Under the pieces are notes generated by a model, which made no database searches, was not told the origin of the DNA, and was given only the letters and a program-made list of their open reading frames with translations. From Gammaproteobacteria bacterium (lineage in GTDB: Bacteria; Pseudomonadota; Gammaproteobacteria; Xanthomonadales; Wenzhouxiangellaceae), in NCBI GenBank assembly GCA_021772955.1, contig JAJFKZ010000090.1:1-59099 (forward strand): a DNA stretch of 59,099 nucleotides, written 5' to 3'. The position numbers and the translations under genes are program-made. Shown here piece after piece: positions 55,078 to 59,099 of this stretch (the stretch's first letter is position 1; each line of letters starts with the position of its first letter).

Positions 55078-57663
55078 TCAATGAGCCTGAGATGGGCAAT
55101 GCCAGCAGCTCTCCATGACTTGCATGCTGGCGCCGATCGGGCTGCCCGGTGGCGTAGCCAGCATCGGTGGCAGTGGCTCTGTGGCTGGTGCAGGACGTTG
55201 CAACTGCTGTTCGATACGCTGCGCCAGCCACTGTCGCTGAGCCAGCAGGCTGGCCGGTGCGCGGCGCTTCAGCAAGCGCTGTTGCAGTTGCTGCAGTGCC
55301 TGCTGCAGACTGACTGCCAGGCTGGCGGAAGTCGCTGTGGCGTGTACTTGCAGCAAGGCCGCTACGTAGCGCTGCTGCAGCACTGCGGCCAGACCCAGCA
55401 GGCGTCGGTCGTTGGCCGAGTCAGCGTCGGCATAGGCCGAAATTTGGTGCTCCAGTTGCTGCTCGATACGGTCCAGCAAGCTGCGTACGCCGGGTAATTG
55501 CTGGTCACGCAGATGAAACTGTTGCAACCGCTCCAGTCGTTGCGGGTCAAGCAGCGCGGCATAGCTCAGATCAGCTGCGGTTTCGGCCGCAGCCAGCAGA
55601 TCAAAGGCCACGCCGGTACGTTGCTGGAAGCCTTCTTCCGGCACTTCGAACCAGAGCCCATGGTTGACTGGCGGCAACAACTGCAGCAAGTCTTCGGGCA
55701 CATTCAGTAACTGAGCATTCAGGGTTTGCAGCAGCGCCTGTATGGCGCGTTCCTGTTGCTCGGCAGAGGCGATGCGGACCGCCGGCTTTGCTCCATTGGT
55801 CGGCTGGCGATAATCAAAATACAGACCGCCAATGGGTTTGGCCACAGCGTTGAGCTGGTAGCGGTGATAAAGATAAATGGGTGTCAGTACCTCGCGCAGA
55901 GCGGCCAGTGGTCGATGCTGCTGGATCTGGTCGCTGTCGAAGTTCTGCAATGCCAACTGGCGTACTGCGAGCACGTTGTCGAGTTCGGTAACCGCATCGT
56001 TGCCATTGTCCCAGACTGCAGCTTGCGGATGTGCGGTGCCAATGCCACGCGCGTGCTCGTCGGTGACGAACAGCAAGCCGTCGTGTCGGGCCTTCTCCAG
56101 CAGCGCATGCAGCTGTTGCTGCTCCGTTTCCGGATGGGTGAATTCGGTGTACAGCCAGCGCGCGGTGAGGATATCCCAGGCGCCGATGCCATCAGTGTAG
56201 GCACGGCTGAAATCCAGTTCATGATCTGCTGTGATCTGCACCCACGGTGCTGGATAATCCATCACCGAAGCGCGATCGTTGCTGGAGGCAGCAAAATTAT
56301 GCCCGAAGCCCAGCGCATGACCGACCTCGTGGGCGGCCAGTTGGCGGATGCGGTTCAGCGCCAGTTGCACCGGATCGTCTGCGCTGCCTGTGCCGCTGTG
56401 AGTTGTGCCGGCCAGTCCTTCAAAAATCATGCGGTCATGGCGAATGCGCTGGGAACCAAGAATGACATGACCCTTGATGAATTCGCCGGTGCGCGGGTCG
56501 ATAATGCCACCGCCGTAGGACCAGCCGCGGGTCTGGCGGTGTACCCACTGCACTGTGTTGTAGCGTATATCCAGCGGATGCACGTCGGCTGGCAGGATCT
56601 CGACCCGAAAGCCATCAGCGAAACCGGCAGCGGCAAAGGCAGTCTGCCACCAGGAAGCACCCTCCCGCAAGGCCTGTTGAATGTCAGTCGGGGCACCGGC
56701 GTCGATATAAAACACGATCGGCTTACGCACACCACTGTCGGCATTACCGGGCTCGACATGCTGCAAGCGATGACGCATGACCAGACCCTGCAACAGTGGC
56801 GCCGACAAGGGTGTGGCGTAGTCGTAATAGCCCAGTGTGAAGGTGCCGGTGCGCGGATCCGCCTTGCGCGTCTGGAAACCTGCTGCAGGCAGTCGCACAA
56901 AGCTGTGATGCTGGCGCAGTGTGACGTGGTTGGGGTCGGCAGCGGTGGCGCTGACTTCGGCGCCTGGCTGATCCGAGCTAAAGGTCATGTAGGCGTCGAT
57001 TTCGACATTGTCGGGAAACACCAGCAGTGAAGGCAGATCGGGCAGGGAACGCTCAGCTGCCAGACTGAAGGAATTTTCGCCTTCGCGCAACGCCAGGCCC
57101 AGGTTTAGCAGGTCGCTGGTGAGCAGGCCGGACAGATCAATCAGCAACTGCTGCTGCTCGTTGCTGGCGATGATGTCGGTGGACCAGATGAACGAGCTGG
57201 CAAACGAGGCCTGTACGGCAGCCTGTTCCAGCAGATTATCGGTGTCGGCACGATAGCGCAGGTTTTCCACTTCAGCGATGACCCGGTTGCCGATACGGCG
57301 CAGATTCAGGAGTTGACCGCTGTTGCCCCAGCCACGATCCAGCCCCACCGAGTTGGAACCCAGCCCGCCGGACAAGCGCATTGCGTGGATCAGCCGTAGC
57401 AGGCTGCCGTGTTCATCAGCAGCAGGCAGCAGCGCCAGAATTCGCCCCTGTTCGGGGTCGCGATAAAGCTGCATAAAGCCCTGCTCCAGCTGCAGTCCGG
57501 CGATCGCCTCGCTGAAACTGATTGTGGTTTCAGCGGCGTTGGCTGGCTGAGGATTGGGCTTGTCGGTGGCGGCAAAGGTTTGCGCCGAGACGGCGCAAAC
57601 CAAGCTGGCACAGGCCAGCAGACAGGGCTTTTTCAAGGTGCGATTCCAGATGACTCTGGTCAC
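55078..57663 (-). CDS. Secreted zinc metalloprotease (metzincin-like, DUF5117/DUF4953-type)
   Basis: GTG start overlapping the upstream stop (GTGA). Signal peptide LLACASLVCAVSAQTFAA. Zinc motif AAHEVGHALGFGHNF...SVMDY. 861 aa. Confidence 0.75.
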   Translation of the reverse strand: MTRVIWNRTLKKPCLLACASLVCAVSAQTFAATDKPNPQPANAAETTISFSEAIAGLQLEQGFMQLYRDPEQGRILALLPAADEHGSLLRLIHAMRLSGGLGSNSVGLDRGWGNSGQLLNLRRIGNRVIAEVENLRYRADTDNLLEQAAVQASFASSFIWSTDIIASNEQQQLLIDLSGLLTSDLLNLGLALREGENSFSLAAERSLPDLPSLLVFPDNVEIDAYMTFSSDQPGAEVSATAADPNHVTLRQHHSFVRLPAAGFQTRKADPRTGTFTLGYYDYATPLSAPLLQGLVMRHRLQHVEPGNADSGVRKPIVFYIDAGAPTDIQQALREGASWWQTAFAAAGFADGFRVEILPADVHPLDIRYNTVQWVHRQTRGWSYGGGIIDPRTGEFIKGHVILGSQRIRHDRMIFEGLAGTTHSGTGSADDPVQLALNRIRQLAAHEVGHALGFGHNFAASSNDRASVMDYPAPWVQITADHELDFSRAYTDGIGAWDILTARWLYTEFTHPETEQQQLHALLEKARHDGLLFVTDEHARGIGTAHPQAAVWDNGNDAVTELDNVLAVRQLALQNFDSDQIQQHRPLAALREVLTPIYLYHRYQLNAVAKPIGGLYFDYRQPTNGAKPAVRIASAEQQERAIQALLQTLNAQLLNVPEDLLQLLPPVNHGLWFEVPEEGFQQRTGVAFDLLAAAETAADLSYAALLDPQRLERLQQFHLRDQQLPGVRSLLDRIEQQLEHQISAYADADSANDRRLLGLAAVLQQRYVAALLQVHATATSASLAVSLQQALQQLQQRLLKRRAPASLLAQRQWLAQRIEQQLQRPAPATEPLPPMLATPPGSPIGASMQVMESCWHCPSQAH

Positions 57664-58055
57664 CCCACGGTGAGACGCGTATCCAGGTCGCGCAGGCTGA
57701 ACAATGCCCAGCAGCCGGCCAACATCGGGATGGCGGCAAAGAACAACAGGTTGTTGAACGGATCCAGGTATTGGGGAATGGTGGAGATCGTGGATACCCC
57801 ATGGAGAATGAAGACCAGACCGTAACTGATGCGTTTTTTGAAGCCGATGACGAACGCCAGCAGCAGCAACAGCTCCAGGATACCGATGATCATGAAGACA
57901 TTGGCCTCAAGTCCACCGATTTTGTAGAAATTGGCATAGACACCAGCAGAATGCTGGGGGTTGATGAATTTGTCCAGTGTCCACATCAACATAACAACAA
58001 AAATGGACAATCTAAGCAGTACGAGGGCGTTGGCAATTTTGGGCTGGTTGGACAT
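57660..58055 (-). CDS. Small 4-TM membrane protein (DoxX-like)
   Basis: ATG at 58055 preceded by GGAGA. 131 aa with four hydrophobic helices (ALVLLRLSIFVVMLMW, FMIIGILELLLLLAFVIG, ...). The family assignment is tentative. Confidence 0.5.
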   Translation of the reverse strand: MSNQPKIANALVLLRLSIFVVMLMWTLDKFINPQHSAGVYANFYKIGGLEANVFMIIGILELLLLLAFVIGFKKRISYGLVFILHGVSTISTIPQYLDPFNNLLFFAAIPMLAGCWALFSLRDLDTRLTVG

Positions 58056-58325
58056 GCTGGTCTCCGCAGGTAAAGGGAAGCTCATCTTAACAAAGTGCGA
58101 ATGTATGGTCGACCTGATGCGATAGCAGCCATGATTGCCAGGATATCTAGCACTTTCGGCACTTGCGACCAGGCCGCAATGCAGTAACAATAACTACTGA
58201 GACCAGCGACAACCCTGGCGTCGGGTTGCAGCCAGGATGCGCCATTCAAATGAGTTTGAGCATGCTGTTGTTGTCAGGTCAGAGGCTAAATAATAATTCT
58301 TACAAACCAGGGCCGCCAAGCAGAT

Positions 58326-58688
58326 ATGACCAGCGCCAAAACCATCAATGAATACCTCAATGTGGGCCCGCAGGATCAACGCCGCGAGTTGGAAGAGATC
58401 AAGCGCCTGATCGAAAAAAACCTGCCCGCCGCCAGACCTGGCATCGGCCCGAGTGGTTTTCCTGAGTACACCATCGGTAAGCAGTGGCGAGCCGGGTTTG
58501 CCTATAAACCAACCGGCCCGGTGATTTACCTGATGGCACCGGAACTGCTGGCTGAGTATGCAGAGGACCTGAAGCCGGTGCGGGCCAGTAAGACCTGTCT
58601 GCGCTACCAGTCAGCGCGTGGCCTGCCGTTTGGCAAACTGACCCACATCATCACCAGCATTTTGCAGCAGATCAATCAGTCCGTCTGA
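58326..58688 (+). CDS. DUF1801 (YdhG-like) domain protein
   Basis: 120-aa ORF. The N-terminus TINEYLNVGPQDQRRELEEIKRLI resembles the DUF1801 family. Moderate support only. Confidence 0.5.
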   Translation: MTSAKTINEYLNVGPQDQRRELEEIKRLIEKNLPAARPGIGPSGFPEYTIGKQWRAGFAYKPTGPVIYLMAPELLAEYAEDLKPVRASKTCLRYQSARGLPFGKLTHIITSILQQINQSV

Positions 58689-58902
58689 CTGGGCCGGTCT
58701 GACTGGAATCATCGCCCAGCAAAAGCTCGAACCCTTGGCCCGGCCTGGTAGCAACGCTGGCCACCGCCTGCGTGTAAGCCGTCGTTAGCCCGCCTATTTC
58801 ATGAAGGGTTCGAGGAGCAGGGCGAAGCTGGCTAAGCAGGTTGGACGATCGTCCGCAGAAGCCAGTGGGCCACGCGAGTAGTTCGGTAACGCTCAGAGCC
58901 AA

Positions 58903-58985
58903 TGTGCCGGTGCGAATCAAGGCGCGGTTTGCAGGCAATGGCCGCTCCCTTGCCAAGAAACGCAACGCCGAGTCGCACCGGCACA
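58903..58985. other. Long-range 13-bp perfect stem in the ORF-poor 3'-terminal region
   Basis: tgtgccggtgcga (58903-58915) pairs with tcgcaccggcaca (58973-58985). Other inverted repeats nearby are ctcgaaccctt (58726-58736) / aagggttcgag (58804-58814) and the palindrome ggacgatcgtcc (58843-58854). Confidence 0.5.
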
Positions 58986-59099
58986 GTGGCTCCCGGTGGG
59001 CCGCCGCACAAGGGCCGAGGGCTGCGTTGCACTCGCTTGAATTGACTACGGCCAGTCCTGCGCTCGCGCGCCTTGTCCACGGCGCTTGTGCGACGGCTG

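Noticed and set aside
55726-57030. 434-aa plus-strand ORF
   Set aside because: It is antisense to the metzincin gene carrying HEVGHALGFGHNF, and it has no motifs of its own.
58689-59099. Known structured RNAs or elements: RNase P RNA, tmRNA, cobalamin riboswitch, group II intron 5' end, integron attC
   Set aside because: I compared by eye with the conserved cores I remember: GAGGAAAGUCCGG, tmRNA ends, B12 box/GCCACUG on the same strand as GGUG.AAUCC, GUGYG plus domain V, and RYYYAAC/GTTRRRY. Only fragmentary matches appeared, often on the wrong strand. The available length is also too short for an intron.
1-59099. Mobile genetic element, prophage or defence-island signatures (transposase, integrase, recombinase, tRNA attachment site, toxin-antitoxin, restriction-modification, cas)
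   Set aside because: None of the ORFs shows DDE, tyrosine- or serine-recombinase, RM or Cas motifs that I can recognise. Only non-autonomous repeats are present.

Overview
This 59.1-kb window is a gene-dense chromosomal segment. Its gene content and local synteny (yqgE-ruvX-pyrB, thiS-thiG-trmB, divergent gshB/pilG, nudE-cysQ, bfd-bfr) read like core genome of a Pseudomonas-like, possibly marine, gammaproteobacterium. I support 52 protein-coding genes. They comprise housekeeping metabolism (pyrC partial, pyrB, thiSG, trmB, dapE, bioA, rsmE, gshB, cysQ, nudE, hemJ, sufT, bfd/bfr, PLP enzymes); a type II secretion half-operon gspGHIJKLMN; a reduced Pil-Chp twitching chemosensory cluster (pilG-pilI-pilJ-chpA-cheW-like); an ECF sigma/anti-sigma pair; two patatin-like lipases; and a run of signal-peptide hydrolases (M1 aminopeptidase, S1/P1 nuclease, M14 peptidase, metzincin). 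I recognised no rRNA, tRNA, CRISPR array, transposase, integrase or phage gene. The genes do not explain the intergenic space, which holds at least six repeat or palindrome families: a 117-bp tandem array, a 28-30-nt hairpin core in 5 copies, a 74-nt REP-like palindrome in 2 copies, a 51-nt repeat in 2 copies, an E. coli-REP-like unit, and several long-range perfect inverted repeats. My top candidates for follow-up are: (i) a 271-bp element bounded by 25-bp inverted repeats exactly in the divergent ECF-sigma/patatin promoter region (MITE, inverton or structured RNA); (ii) a same-strand DoxX-like/metzincin/M14/DUF2254/patatin cluster; (iii) a 639-aa exported protein with no family I recognise; (iv) a highly structured 297-nt pyrB leader at the position where Pseudomonas carries pyrR. 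I cannot show a clear-cut novel multi-gene system from sequence alone. All functional calls rest on motif and homology recognition from memory, not on database searches.
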